This document shows, in pieces, positions 22,501 through 35,591 of a stretch of 64,000 nt of DNA (its first letter is position 1; every line of letters starts with the position of its first letter). Origin of the DNA: Antedon mediterranea. Its lineage: Eukaryota; Animalia; Echinodermata. The stretch is taken from assembly GCF_964355755.1 (NCBI RefSeq), contig NC_092680.1, forward strand, positions 19,229,045-19,293,044, read 5' to 3'. The translations under genes were made by a program, and so were the position numbers. The notes below the pieces were generated by a model that was not told where the DNA came from, searched no databases, and saw only the letters and a list, made by a program, of their open reading frames with translations.

Positions 22501-24314
22501 ATCCAATTGATGTAAATGTCATGCAGAATTTTAACAAAAATCCAGGCTCCTCTGAGAATACTAAATTAAGTAGTGAAAACAAAACAAATGAAAATATTGA
22601 TGAGTCCAAGGAAGAAACCATTGCCCAGCCAGCATTAAAGTTTAAGTGTAATAAGTGTGGGAAGAGATTCCATACATTACGGGGATTAGGCAACCACAAG
22701 GTGTATTGTCGTAAAAGATCTGTCTTCCACAAGCTTAAAAATAATACTCCTGGTCCTCTCAAATGTGCCGAGTGCTTTAGAGTCTTTGCAAAACGCAGTA
22801 CTCTTATTGCGCATAAGATGGTTTGCACTGTGCAAAGAAGAAAAGCTCTATCAGAAGATGGGATAAAGCCTACAGCCAGAAAAGGCAAAATTTTCAATTG
22901 TTCAGGTTGCCGCCGGTCTTTTACACGTCTCAAAGGTATTAGGATGCACCAGCGTTTTTGTATGCCAGATATTACAAGTGAACCTGAAAGTTCAGAATTT
23001 TCTAATCCTCAGAGTGATGGTTCAGGGTATTCTTGTAAAATCTGTGGAAAGACTTTTAAGAAGATGAAAGGACTCCATGCACATGGATTAACATGTATGC
23101 CAAACATTGCCGGTGACAGATATCCTCCTATAGGTTCTGGGCCATCAACAAGTAAGAAAAAATATGGATGTAAATATTGTTCGATGCGATTTGACAAACA
23201 TTATTATTTAGGAAGTCATGTCAGAAACTGTGCTGGCAGGGCTCGTAAAAAAAAGCAAGCCATCGCTAAAGTTGACACAAGTAAAACTGAATCAGACAAA
23301 ATGGATGTTCATAAATCTGAGATGACCGATGATCTGTTCATATGTCGTAAGTGTGGCACATCTTTTGATAACGAAGAAAAGCTGGTTGAACATGATTATG
23401 TTTGTTGCCCAGAGTTTCAATTGAAGGTTTTCTCTGGTGAAAAAAGTGGCACAACGTTTGCTGAAGAATCTGATGTGGTTAAACATAAAGAGGAGGATCA
23501 CGATAGAAAGAAACACTTCCAGTGTGGTGTATGTGGGAAAACATTCTTAAGGAACTCTGGTTTAGGTAAACATCGAATTACGTGTGTTAAAAAACCAAAA
23601 ACATTTCATAAGGACGTAATTCGGAAAATGCAATCAACCAGTAACAAAATCAAGAAACGACTGATTTGTCAAACATGTGGTAATAGTTTCAGCAGTCTGG
23701 CTACTTTAAAGAAACACTCAAGGCTAAATCGATGTAAGATTGTTCACAACTGTACACTTTGTGGATTTAACTTTCAATCAATCAGTGAATTTGATGAACA
23801 CACTCAGAGGTGCCAACAAATTCGGCAGCACATATGCAATATCTGCGGCCGGGGCTTTAGAGTGGCTGGTTTTCTCAAACGTCATACCCTCAGTGCGCAT
23901 GCTTCTAAACCCACCGGAAAGGATCGTAAGAGCAGTGATAAAATAACTGTTACGGAGGAACCAGATGTGCAAAATGTTAAATCTGATATAGCAACATCAC
24001 CGAGTAATCTAAAAGTTGAATCTAGTGCAGACCAAGTTCTAGACAATAGCAGTTACTCATGTGGCCGTTGCTATAAGGAATTTTCAACGTTGGAGGAGTT
24101 TGCAGAGCATGAAGAGATTGAACACTTGAAACCGAATGAATGTTCACACTGCTCTCTCAGGTTCAAGACGCAACGAGAACTGTTACTGCATCGGAAGCAA
24201 CACCCAGACAAGTATCCACATAAATGTAAAATATGTCCCATGAGATACTTGTTCTCTGCACATCTAAGACGCCATTTTGTTCGGAAGCACACTCGTAAGG
24301 GAAACCCTCAGTAA
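19518..24314 (+). CDS. PR/SET-domain zinc-finger protein (PRDM family), ~1,340 aa
   Basis: Exons 19518-19539, 19746-19945, 20237-20582 and 20854-24314 splice in frame. PR motifs are RARRTLPHGL, GVWA..IFSKGCVFGPYEG, NWMIFVN..ETNL and IFFRT..QLLV, followed by ~28 zinc fingers. A probable non-coding first exon ends at 17713. Confidence 0.88.
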
Positions 24315-26351
24315 AATAAGTGGTTTTGAAATGTTTTTGTGGATTTAATAATGCTGGTATTGATTGATTGATTATAAATTATGATGGCCTTACCATGAAT
24401 TGTCGGTGATTTTGCCAAATGTAGTTATTATACTGTGTTTATTGTCAACTAACATGTTAACAATCAATTGTGTAATATTTTGAAGATACCAAGTTGATAT
24501 TTTAAAAAATAGTAATTGCTAAAATGTTATGCCGTGTCAAAACATTGTACAGAATAAAACTACATTAATTGTTTCAAACGGTTTTATATGTATTGTTAAA
24601 TAATTAAGGGTTAATTTTAAAGAAGTTTGTATTTATTGCAATAGTCAATAATTAGTTACCGTTAGAAAATGATTTTGACAATTAGTTAATAAAGGTCATT
24701 GAATCAATTGGTGTCTGCAGTTTGGGGTGTGTGACAAAACTTAATTCTCACTGCTGTATCCCCACATAATACAACAATATAAACTTACATGTTTTCTTAT
24801 TAATTTGAAACGTATAACGTTTATTAAATACATGATTTGTGAATGTGTTATAATGACAACACTGTGGTCACTAAAATTTAATTCACCTAAAGAAGTGAGC
24901 GGTGTACTTCCATTTGTTATTTTTACGGGTACTGTGTGTTTTATTGTTTTTTAAATAGTAGGCTAAGGCCTATTGTATTATGCGTGGTAAACTATTGTAT
25001 TTACTGTATATGTATTTTATATTAATGGTGATGATGTGCTGTTTATGTTCTTGCATTCATAATATTTTCGTTTTTCTGAATTTATATCAATTAAATGCTA
25101 TGATACGTCATCGCACTATTTGTTAAATTCAATTATCTATACAGGTAATGCGCCGTATACAGATATGGGAGAAAATTTAACGTATTATTTAAGTCTGACT
25201 ATTTGTATCGGTATAGGCCTACTGGGTGTTTTTCTATATTTATTTTATGTGATTTGGTTTTGTTTATAGCAATGTATTGTATACACTACGCTGTGACCAG
25301 ACCGTTAAGGGTCCATGTCAAAGTTGTCCCACTGCAGTTGCTGCAGTAACTACATTTTCGTTATTTCTTAACCTGTTTATGTAAGGAAGCTTTTCTTCAA
25401 GCAACTGTTTCTTTAGTGACTGCTTCTTCACATATAAACAAACAAACCTCTTGCATTACTTCAGTAAACATTGTAGTAACTGCAGTCGAACAAGTATGTT
25501 TAGTTTTTCTGTCCGTTACCGTGGTATTTCGTTAAAAAAAACTGCATGCGATTGATATGACAACATTTCAAAAATGTATTTGTTTTCCATAATGGTATAT
25601 ACCTGTCTGACAGATTATGGATGATTGTATTGTTATGGACAGTTTTAATAAATATGTAAACGGTGATGGCACTGTACAACTGTGTGTACTTAATATCATT
25701 TTTATTATATAATTAATCATACATCAACTTTAATTGTTTACACTAAACATGTATCATTTATAGTGAAGTGTTGTTGCATATACTGTACTGTTTTCTCGCA
25801 TTCCCATAGTTCAGAGTTGTTTAATACCAGCTCCTTTTCACTCGCTCATTCATTTGATATTCAAAACATGATAGGAAACTGTTTAGGGCTTTTATTTAGG
25901 TTGATTTGTCAGTGTTACATTTCGTTTGATCCAGTTTTCCTGTCTTTTAATAATGCCAGGATTCATATCTATTTAATCATATTTGGAGTTACAATTTTCG
26001 TTACAATGCCAGAATACACAGCAACTTTGAAAAATTCGTCAAATTGAGGGCGCTATGCTTCGACAAATTAGGTGACTAATGGCAAAATACGTCATTTTAG
26101 TGCGCTATTATAGCGTCCTAAAGTAGGCCTAATAATAAAATTGTTTTCCTCTCTGATCAGAAATGTTTAAAACTATACTCAGTATGGCCTATAAGTCGTA
26201 TTATTCGTCTGAAAACTGTACGTATCCCGATCACGTTATTATTACGTAAAAAATGTTGCCGTAAAGTGAATTGGTCTCGTCACCATTTCTTATGTAGACT
26301 TGAAACAAACTCATTCCATTCCATTATCAGTATTTCGCAAGTATGTTCATC

Positions 26352-29300
26352 TCAAAGTTTGTCGCCATCACCGTCGTCGCAAACTTCCCTATCCATATTT
26401 GTATAAGTCGAATTATATGAGGACCGTGTTTTTGCTAGGCATTCAGCTATCACAAGATCACATGTGCAGATAGCTTCTGCGCATGATGGAAACAGTTGAA
26501 ACCAGCTTGAAGATTCTATAATAAAAAGAAGAAATATTTCTTACAAAAAACGCCGCTCAGCTGCCTACATGCATCTCAATATTTATTAGAAAATGTTTTC
26601 ATAGACTCCCTTTTCCCAGGCGTGCTTTGGGGTGTGCGCAGTCCGAGTTTCCAAATACCCATTTTTTCAGCCTTAGTAAACTATAAGCTACCGCATGGTA
26701 ACTGTTTCCTAATGATTGCGTTCTCTTGAAAATAACTGCCTAATGGAGCGGCGCGATAATACATTATGTATGATAATGTCAAATAGACGAATAAAGATGT
26801 CTTAAAAATAATCGCAATTGCTATTGTCAAGAATAATCGATTCGTAACTATTAAAGTTAAAGCCTATGATACAGTTATAATTGAACCGGAATATAATTAC
26901 GCGTATTGCGTATTCATTTGATGGACGGGTGCGGGGACGGGTGTAAATAATTATTTACTATTTATCTTTCTAGTTTGGGTTGACCAACTGCATTGATCTT
27001 TCATCACTTTATATATGTTTTTTTTTAATAAATACATTATTCAATAAGGTATTGTTAGAAGGAAATTATCTTAATTAAAGTATAGTGCCTTTTACAAAAA
27101 AATGAATGTATTTTGGTTAAAATATTTTTTCCAAAGACTACTACTATTTCAATGATAATTATGCGCAATTATTCATTTTATTGATTTTCTAATTTCCTAT
27201 TTCGTGGTGCTATGTGCTGACAGCTGGACAGGAAATGTTCAACCGATTTATTCTGAAGAAGAAATATCTAAAATGATGGTAATTAATATAAGATGCGTCT
27301 GTACTATACTTACTGCATGTTATAAGAGATGTGTTTGAACTTGTACTTTCGCATAGAAGTTTATAATTGTAACTAAGTATGTATCTGGTGACGTCAAGAG
27401 GGCAGGATGCATTCGAATAACAGTCATCATGTTGGTAACAGCACCTATAGACAACACACAATTAATGTAAGACTTTTTTTAATATTATTTAACACGCGCT
27501 ATCTATCCGTTATCATGTCCAGCGACAATATACATTTTTCAGTATCGTGTCTGCTAATAGTACTTCGTCCCACATGGGCTACCTGTGTAACAACGATTAT
27601 TTTTTGTTAGGTGTAAGTTAATATCTAACTTTTGTGGATTGGAATGTCAGCAGAATGTTTTGTCGCATAACTTGCATATGCACATACATAATTATACTCT
27701 GAATGAACAGATAATAATTATTGAGTATTTTCTGCATTCAGCATTTTGATTGTGCACGCCATATGTAAACTGTCCATATTACGTCATGGACACACATTTT
27801 GTTAAACAATGTTATTATTTGAATAGGTAGGGACCTTCACATCAACGCATAGAGGCCTAGTGGTTTAAGCAAATATTTATTAATAATTATATGTACCGTA
27901 GTCATTTGAACATCTGAACAATGGAACTAGTTATTAGCAGTGTAAACTCGGATAGCCTGTTTCAATGTATTACTACTTTTATTTAAGGTAGGTTTCACGT
28001 CATCGGTCACAAAAACAATGACGGCTGGAAATGTTTACTATCAATCACCACCGCCCCATTTTCACCAAAGCATGTTTGTCGTCTGCCACCGCCTCGACAG
28101 ACGCTGATTGTTGGCAAGCTACTCAATTTCTCCACAAAGGTGCCTTTGCTGTCAACAGCGACAATTGTCATTAATTGTACATTTGTTTTGTTTGCTGCCA
28201 ACCTTACACAAATGTTATCAAATTAAGGGTGGTGTTAATCCTTGTAAACAATAAAATCTCCTAATACTTTAACAATATTTGATATAAATAAACTCCGAAC
28301 AGCTTTATTCATGTTCCGACTAAATCATAATAATTTTTACTAATTCTTACAACACCAGATCTTCAACTGCAAAAACCCTAATATACGAAAAGCATACCAT
28401 TTTACTTAGAAGAACATCTTTTATTTACCATGGACCTTATATATTTAATAACTTACCGCTCAAACTAAAAGCAATACCCATCATAAATGCATTTAAAACA
28501 AAATACAAACAAATACTTATTTCAAACTATTTAGAACATTAGTAATTATTGCTTTAAGATTGTTCTTTTTTTTCATTTTTGTGCCTTTTTGTTTAATTTT
28601 ATTTGTCAATTTGACGAAAGAAAAAAAGGGTTTATTTTTCTCTCACTTAAATTAAATAATTGAATATATATTTATTTATCTGGAGGACCAAACTTAAAGC
28701 CTTGGCTTAATGCGTCCTCCTCACATATATACTTATATTGATTGATTTCTGTTCTGTATTATATTGTATTTTGTATTGTTTCATTTCATTTCATTATTTA
28801 TTTGGTCTATTGTGTGAAACAATAAACTTGTAACTTGAAATGAAACTACACAAATTCTCCAGGCAGAACATTTCTGGTCATGGATCAACTTATGATAGTT
28901 TTACAACAAAACACATTGTTTCTATTGTTTAAATTAACATGTGTTTACTATTAATATACAACTATAATATGGTTTTTATACTACATTAAAAATGTTTATA
29001 TATTTTATTGATGTATGTAACTTTTGACTGATTTTTTTCCAGTTGCAAGTAGTTTAGGCCTATGCAACTAACTTTATATTAAAACAAAAGTAAGACACAC
29101 ATTTTATTTATGACAGAGATACTAAAAGAGGATCTCCTAAATTCCGTGTGCTCTAGGCTATGAATGAATCGAATAAAGATTAAAATAAAAAAAATGTATT
29201 GAATGTAGGCCTATAGTAACAATAAGCATACAGTACATAACTTAGATGACATTTGAATTGACGCAATGGAATTTTTACAGTTGCATTATTTTAAATGTCA

Positions 29301-30743
29301 GTTGATAAAATATTGCATTCTTTAATTAGTCATTATTTACTCTTTGACCATGCAGGACATATTCCTTTATGCTTTGACGTAGTTCTACATTTGAATAGGT
29401 TTAGAATAAACCACAATTGGAATGATTAACAATTTTCATTCTTATAAAACATTGCGCAAGTGCAGCAGCTCTTGCCTTTCACCTAAATACGCCTTAGTAT
29501 TATTTCAAAAGGCAAAGTCAACACAACTTCTGCTTTCCATGACGTAGAGTTCACATTGAATAATGGAACCTAACAACCGAAGAAAGAAGAAAGGTATGGA
29601 GAGAGCTTACATGTCTGAATCATCAACTATTCTTCCACCGCCGCCAAGACCACACCAGCAACCGTAGTCATGATAGTCATCAAACACAGCATAACTGCTG
29701 AGGTTGGTCGTGCATGATATCATCTTAGCTAGATTGTAGAAGGATCGTGTGTGTACAAGTCGCAAATACTCTTCTAGATAAATAGAGATACAGAACGTTA
29801 TTGTTATACGATGAATATTTGACGTATAAAGAACTTTTGTTCCCAGATGATGTTCTAAAAATTATTCACAATAGACCTTAGCGTACCGGCTATTTCAAAA
29901 TATTCGGCCGCCATGACGTTTATTAAAAGAATCATGATCCAGCTCCTAATTTATACACTATATTATAATTTTCTATTTAAGTCTTAGTGCCTTTAAACAA
30001 CCCCGTTTAAAACATTCACGCAATTTTTAATCATCAGTAGTCATTTGCTAGTTGCTAAATACTGGGCGTTCGTTTACCTTTAATTTTAAACATTTCAACC
30101 GTTTTTTAACGTAACCATTTTTACCTTTCTGTCTGTTTTTTTTTTCGTCTTTCGTTTTCTGTGTTTTTTAAATATATATTTATATTGTGTCTTTTAAGAC
30201 ATCCTCTTATTTTACTTTGGCTGTTGGATGTATATTAAAATTAAATTTAAATTAATGTATGTTTTTAAAAGTGTAATAAAAAGAACGTTAAAATAAGAAA
30301 AAAAATCAAGAGAGCGGTGGAGAAGGCTATATTTTTTAACTTTAAGAATACATGCCCTAAGTATTAAAATAAATGTGTATATGATATGTGATAAAACACT
30401 GTTCCCTGTCTTCCATTCTGGTGTAAATTCTGAAATTGTTTGCATTCGTATAATTTGTAAGATATCATAATAATAAACTTTTTCTTGAATGATATTTATG
30501 TATATTGATTTATCCTCAACAGAAATGTATTTTTTGAACATCCACAATATTAATCATAGAGATTCTTTTTAAAATAAAATTATAAATAAGCACAATTATA
30601 TCATTACGTGTTTATTATGGAAGCTATAACATAGTTATCTTCTTACTTTCGCTGCTGAAACTGTAAACCATAAGTGTCAATGTTACAGTTGCTGTTAGAC
30701 AAATAACTGCCAAAGAAAAGTTTTGAGTGTGGTGTTGGGCCAT
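26352..30743 (-). CDS. Secreted phospholipase A2 (group I/II/X-like fold), 4 exons, 184 aa
   Basis: Exons: 30743-30647 (hydrophobic leader), 29773-29611 (Ca-loop YGCWCGLGG), 27444-27314 (CCYQHDDCY, His48/Asp49 equivalent) and 26515-26352 (ICTCD, Asp99 equivalent). They total 555 nt in frame with canonical splice sites. Confidence 0.92.
28255..28845 (+). mobile_element. 5'-truncated CR1/L2-clade LINE remnant in a PLA2 intron
   Basis: Degenerate ORF2 C-terminus (LTIFDINKL..ALFMF...GPYIFNNLP..LK...FKTKYKQILI), a 3' UTR hairpin GGAGGAC..GTCCTCC, AATAAA and a short-repeat tail. Confidence 0.7.
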
Positions 30744-33700
30744 ATGTAGGTCTTTTTAGTCCCAGCATACCTTCGCTTCATTCATCCCTGTTGAAATAAC
30801 AAGATCATCTATGTTCTTGTGGCAGATATTGTACTTCCAATTCCACCTCTCATGGAAGATTGGTTTCATTGTCTAGGGTTAATTATCTATAGTAACACCG
30901 ATTCATATAAATCAACCAGGTATAAGATTGAAATTAATAGTCATGTTGAAATGTGTAGGCCTAATTTTTTTTATATATCTCCATTTAATTAATTGTGTAT
31001 TAGGCCTACATGGATCTTCCTCAATAACAATATTGTGTTTAGCAGTGTGTTCAATAGTAGGCCCTAAATACGTTCTAATCAATGAACTTCTCCAGTCTCG
31101 ACATAGGAATTTGGTTATTACAAATATAATTTTCTTTTTATTCTTCCTTTCAAAAATATAAGACAACATTTAGGCCTAGAGAAAATGAAACAATTGTATG
31201 ACAAAAAAAAATACAAGAAGAAAATAACTCGCCTGAAATTAGTAAATTCCTAGTTGATCAGTGGCTTCTGGTCGGAGACTGATAATAATCAATGAAAACA
31301 ATTTGCAACACGTTATCATACAGGCAGATATTGTTTAAAAGTGACAGATTTGTCACATTTTTTGCCAATAAATAAATCTATTATTGTGCGTTTAGTTAGT
31401 TTACATAATAGTTATTGATTACATAAATAAAATATATTCTAATTCTACATATTGGTTGATGTTAATTTATTCATTTTAAATGTTCATGTTTTGTTAATTT
31501 TCCATATTTATTATGACACATATACAACGTTATGCATGATTGTTCTTGCTGGGAGTAGGCATAATAACTAATTTCAGCGTTAGTGAATCAAGTATATATC
31601 TTATATGAAATGGAAAAAAAATATGTTATTAAATAATCTACAACTCTACATTTTGAGAAACGTATGAGTTAAAGAATCGAACCTATGACCTTCAGATCAT
31701 AGTTAGTGCCCAGCATCCATACCTATAAAATTATAATCAACATCAAAAATAAAAATCACCTTTGGTAAAAAATGATACATTTTGCTTGATGATGACCATG
31801 TTAAACAGATTCATACTCTCCGAATTGAAGTACAAAACCGTTAAAAGAAAAGAGAGAAACTATAATTATCTCTTCCGTAGAATCGTTGGTCCTGTTCCAT
31901 TCATGCAAACGGATATAAAAGTATATATCTATTGCGGTTTTAAAATTCCAAGACAAAAAAGCTTAGTTTTAGAAGGATCGAAACATGGTAGGCCTACAGA
32001 TTTCATTGAAGTTATATACAATATCATACGATAATCAGTATCTTTTGTTACTTCTTGTATATGACATTGAATTACATGTTATCAATAATTATAAAGTTAC
32101 TTTAGCCATTAAAGCACTTTGTTTACGAAACAGTGCTATAAATGTAGCCTTCTTAATATTATTTTCTATTTATATCATGTTAGTTGTGTAGTGTTAATTT
32201 TAGTTTGTTTATCTTTCCACGGATCAATTGAAGCGTAACCATTTTAATAAAGCGTTCGGCTTTCACATGGAATTCAAAGGAATACCCTGCACCGCGTGGA
32301 ACGTACTTATCACAAGCTTACGGAACGTTTCATTACAAACTAGCAGGTAGGGATATTTATATTTTTCAGTAATATGAATAGTATATTATCAGTTTGTATT
32401 TTTAAGCCTAAATGTATCTAGCAAGTCAGGCTTGCGCGCGTCGGTACACCGTGTTTCCAAATGAAATACATTAAAATAGAACATGACGTGTGTCGATCAT
32501 TTGGATTTTGTCTTCTGGTGGTATTATACGATAGTATAGATATTATATTATAAACCTATTAATAATTGTGGTGAAATGTTTCCTACACCGGCAGATATAT
32601 GTTTTCTACTCGTCTCTCCACCCTCAAAGAGGACGAAATGAGTCCTTTATACTTTAACATACCATAACAGCCAGAATTAAGATCAACATATTAGTATCTT
32701 AGGATTTCATACTTTATTAGTTGCCATTCCCTTCTGACAATGGTTTTAGGTTCAGCTTGTTTAACCTCATTGACATATAGACCTGTTATTAAGAAGTACG
32801 ACCAGAATTATATGAGGTCGTCTTAATTCCTTGTAAACCCGTCAGCCCAACAAAAGCTGTATTGTGGCTTCTTGCGTATCGGTTGCAAATCTCTGTAGGC
32901 CTACTGCTTTGATAAAAGTATTAGGCCTATATCTTGTTGTACTAAATAAAGGATATATAAAGTAAGTTACCAGTTAACAATATATGGTAATTGATATTTT
33001 GTGCATATCTTCTGATATGTTGATGATTATAACTGCAAATTGTAATTACGGTAACTGCAATGCGTAGGCCTACGTACGAAATATATGGATAGTGTGAAAC
33101 AATATGATGCTAGTGTTTTTTTTTTACTGCATCACACATTTAATTTCTGTTATCTGATGTCAAAGAACCACGTGTGTTGTTGTTGGTGGTATGGGGTGGT
33201 ATTTATTGCTTTTGTTCCTGGGTTCACCGTACCCATACTGGCTTTTTCTTTTTCATTTTGTTGTTTATATCTGTATAAGATCGTACGGTTGAGTGTGTGC
33301 ATGCCACCCTTGTAAAAGTGTAGGCCTAGTTCCAATAAATTATTATTATTTGTATTCGAATGATATGCAATGTGACAACACGGTGACTGGATGCATCCCA
33401 ATCGATAAAGTGTAAGTCTTTTGTTAAATAAATTTACGTAGTTATCTGCATATCATTGCTAATCGATATGTCAAACATGTTTAGCTGTTTGGAACGAAAT
33501 AAGCTAATTGGAGGGTGTATTTGATTACTTACCTGGGTTTTTTAAAGTTTCAAGTATGTATTTCTGTTATGTATTAGTTTGATATTATTATGGACGCAAC
33601 AAGTAGGCTGGTGTGAGGAATGGAATAGAAGCTTATAACAACAGAACAGATCTTCCCTGTGGATCTTTAGAAAGCAATATACCCCATATTTTAGTCTATT

Positions 33701-34391
33701 ATAATTATATTTTGTTGGCGTTTTATCGATACTCATGACGTATTCATTTTTCTATATTTTCTTACCACATCACAAACCAACCCTTTCCTGGACAATTAAA
33801 TTGGATATACAGTTGTAGATAGTATTCAAAAACTTTCAAATCATACTCAGGCATAATGTGCCTAGCCATGTGTGTCGAAAATGGATTGTGTTCTACCCAT
33901 CTGCTTCATACAGTTCTGTTTTTTTTTATAGCCGTTATATTATTGGGGTGGGAAAAGTATAAATTGGGCCTAACTTCTGACCCGGTATAGGCCTAGTCAC
34001 GGCATGCAGTTTGGGAATGAGTAGGCCTACATTTCTGACTGTGCAATTTGCTTTATAATAGTGCATATCGGTAAACAAAGTTAGCTGCTTTGTACTTTAC
34101 ATTTTGTTATTGATTTCATATCATATTTCACTCTGCAATGCTGTTCTATAAATATAAAGAAGAAAGGTTAGCAAACATAAAAAAGGTTTCACCCATTTTT
34201 GTATTCAATAACACTTAACTGCTGGTGACGTGAATAAACCTGTATACTAGTGTAAGCCACGTCCCACAAAAGTTGAATATGTCACGTATTATATGGATGA
34301 TGCACCATTATTCTTTTAAAAGTACATTTCATTATTATAAACCTTAAACTTTTTACTACCAACAGTATTAATACGGTGCTATTTTCACATA

Positions 34392-34540
34392 AAGCTATTT
34401 ACGACACTATATCAAACTTTATGTGACAACAAAATGTGATATGTACATATATGTACATGATGATGTCATATCACTACCATATTTGGGCATATCACTACCA
34501 TATTTGGGCACACTTATTTGATAGTACAGGCAGAGTTAAA
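34392..34540. mobile_element. Harbinger-like MITE family H1 copy (degenerate)
   Basis: Shares ACACTAT..CAAACTTTATGTGAC..GATGATGTCATATCACTACCATATTTGGGCA..TTTGATAGT with the copies at 42045, 45530, 50123, 51125, 51796, 52393, 58619 and 62248. Confidence 0.7.
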
Positions 34541-35591
34541 TATAGTATAATACAATATCAAACATTTAAATTCACACAGTGAATACAACTGATGATCTTC
34601 TTTTAAAATAGGATTATTATATTGCATTGCAACTATTGAAAAAAAAATTAATTCATTTACTTCCGACAGTTATGTTATAATGTTATAGAAAAAAATATAA
34701 TAGAAAATAAGCATCATGCGATATTGGCTCTATTTGATCGTCGAACGTGGGACGGGCATGTATTATTCACTCTGTCTGAGACGTTGAGTAATAGAAATTT
34801 TGTGGATGTTAAAAAACGTTTTCGAAATGTGGGCATTAGTGTTATGGGAGAAGATATTCTCACAAATACGATACTGATAATATCTCATGACAATAATTAC
34901 TTCCTGCCAGTAAATCTGACGTATTGTACTAATAATGATGATTGAATATTATTATTATTATTATGCCATTAGTCGACATACTGTACCATACTGTTTATTC
35001 GCCATTTGTCATCATTGCGTATAAATATTAATGCACTGATTTTATTATTTTGCTTTCATTACCAGACCTACCTAATTAATTGTCTTTAATGAAAGAGTAC
35101 GTTTCCACTAATCAAAATAACATATCCAGGTATACAAATCCCCATGTTAAATAAATCATATCAGCTTATACAAATTGTGTTATGACCCGAATCAAATGCA
35201 GTGTTTTAATAGTTGTATAAATTTACTAAATCAATAGTAAATTAATATAAAAGTATTTTACACCCGCCCCCCCCCCCCCATACTAAGTTTTTGACATTTT
35301 ATGCTATATTCAGAAGAAAATAACATTGCTTACGGCTAATTACAAGAAGCATTATTTACTGTGATTAAGTAAATACAGAGTGGTGTTGGTCATAAGTAAC
35401 CCACAATAGCCAACCATTTGTCAATAACTACCGTAACAATTCATTATCTTTCATCACTGACGCAAAAGAATTACAGCTTAGTTGTTTGTTAATTCATAAC
35501 TGGATATAATATTTTTCTAGGTTGGAGTTCGAAGTTAACTGCTAGTGGGTTTTGAGTGCAGATCCTCCAGGCGAGGCAGTAAACCAGCAGC

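Noticed and set aside
20850-24292. Minus-strand and alternate-frame ORFs over the zinc-finger exon
   Set aside because: They are by-products of the long sense ORF.
19518-24314. PRDM9 ortholog
   Set aside because: No KRAB/SSXRD or zinc knuckle was seen, catalytic tyrosines are missing, and the fingers are not a homogeneous 84-bp minisatellite array.
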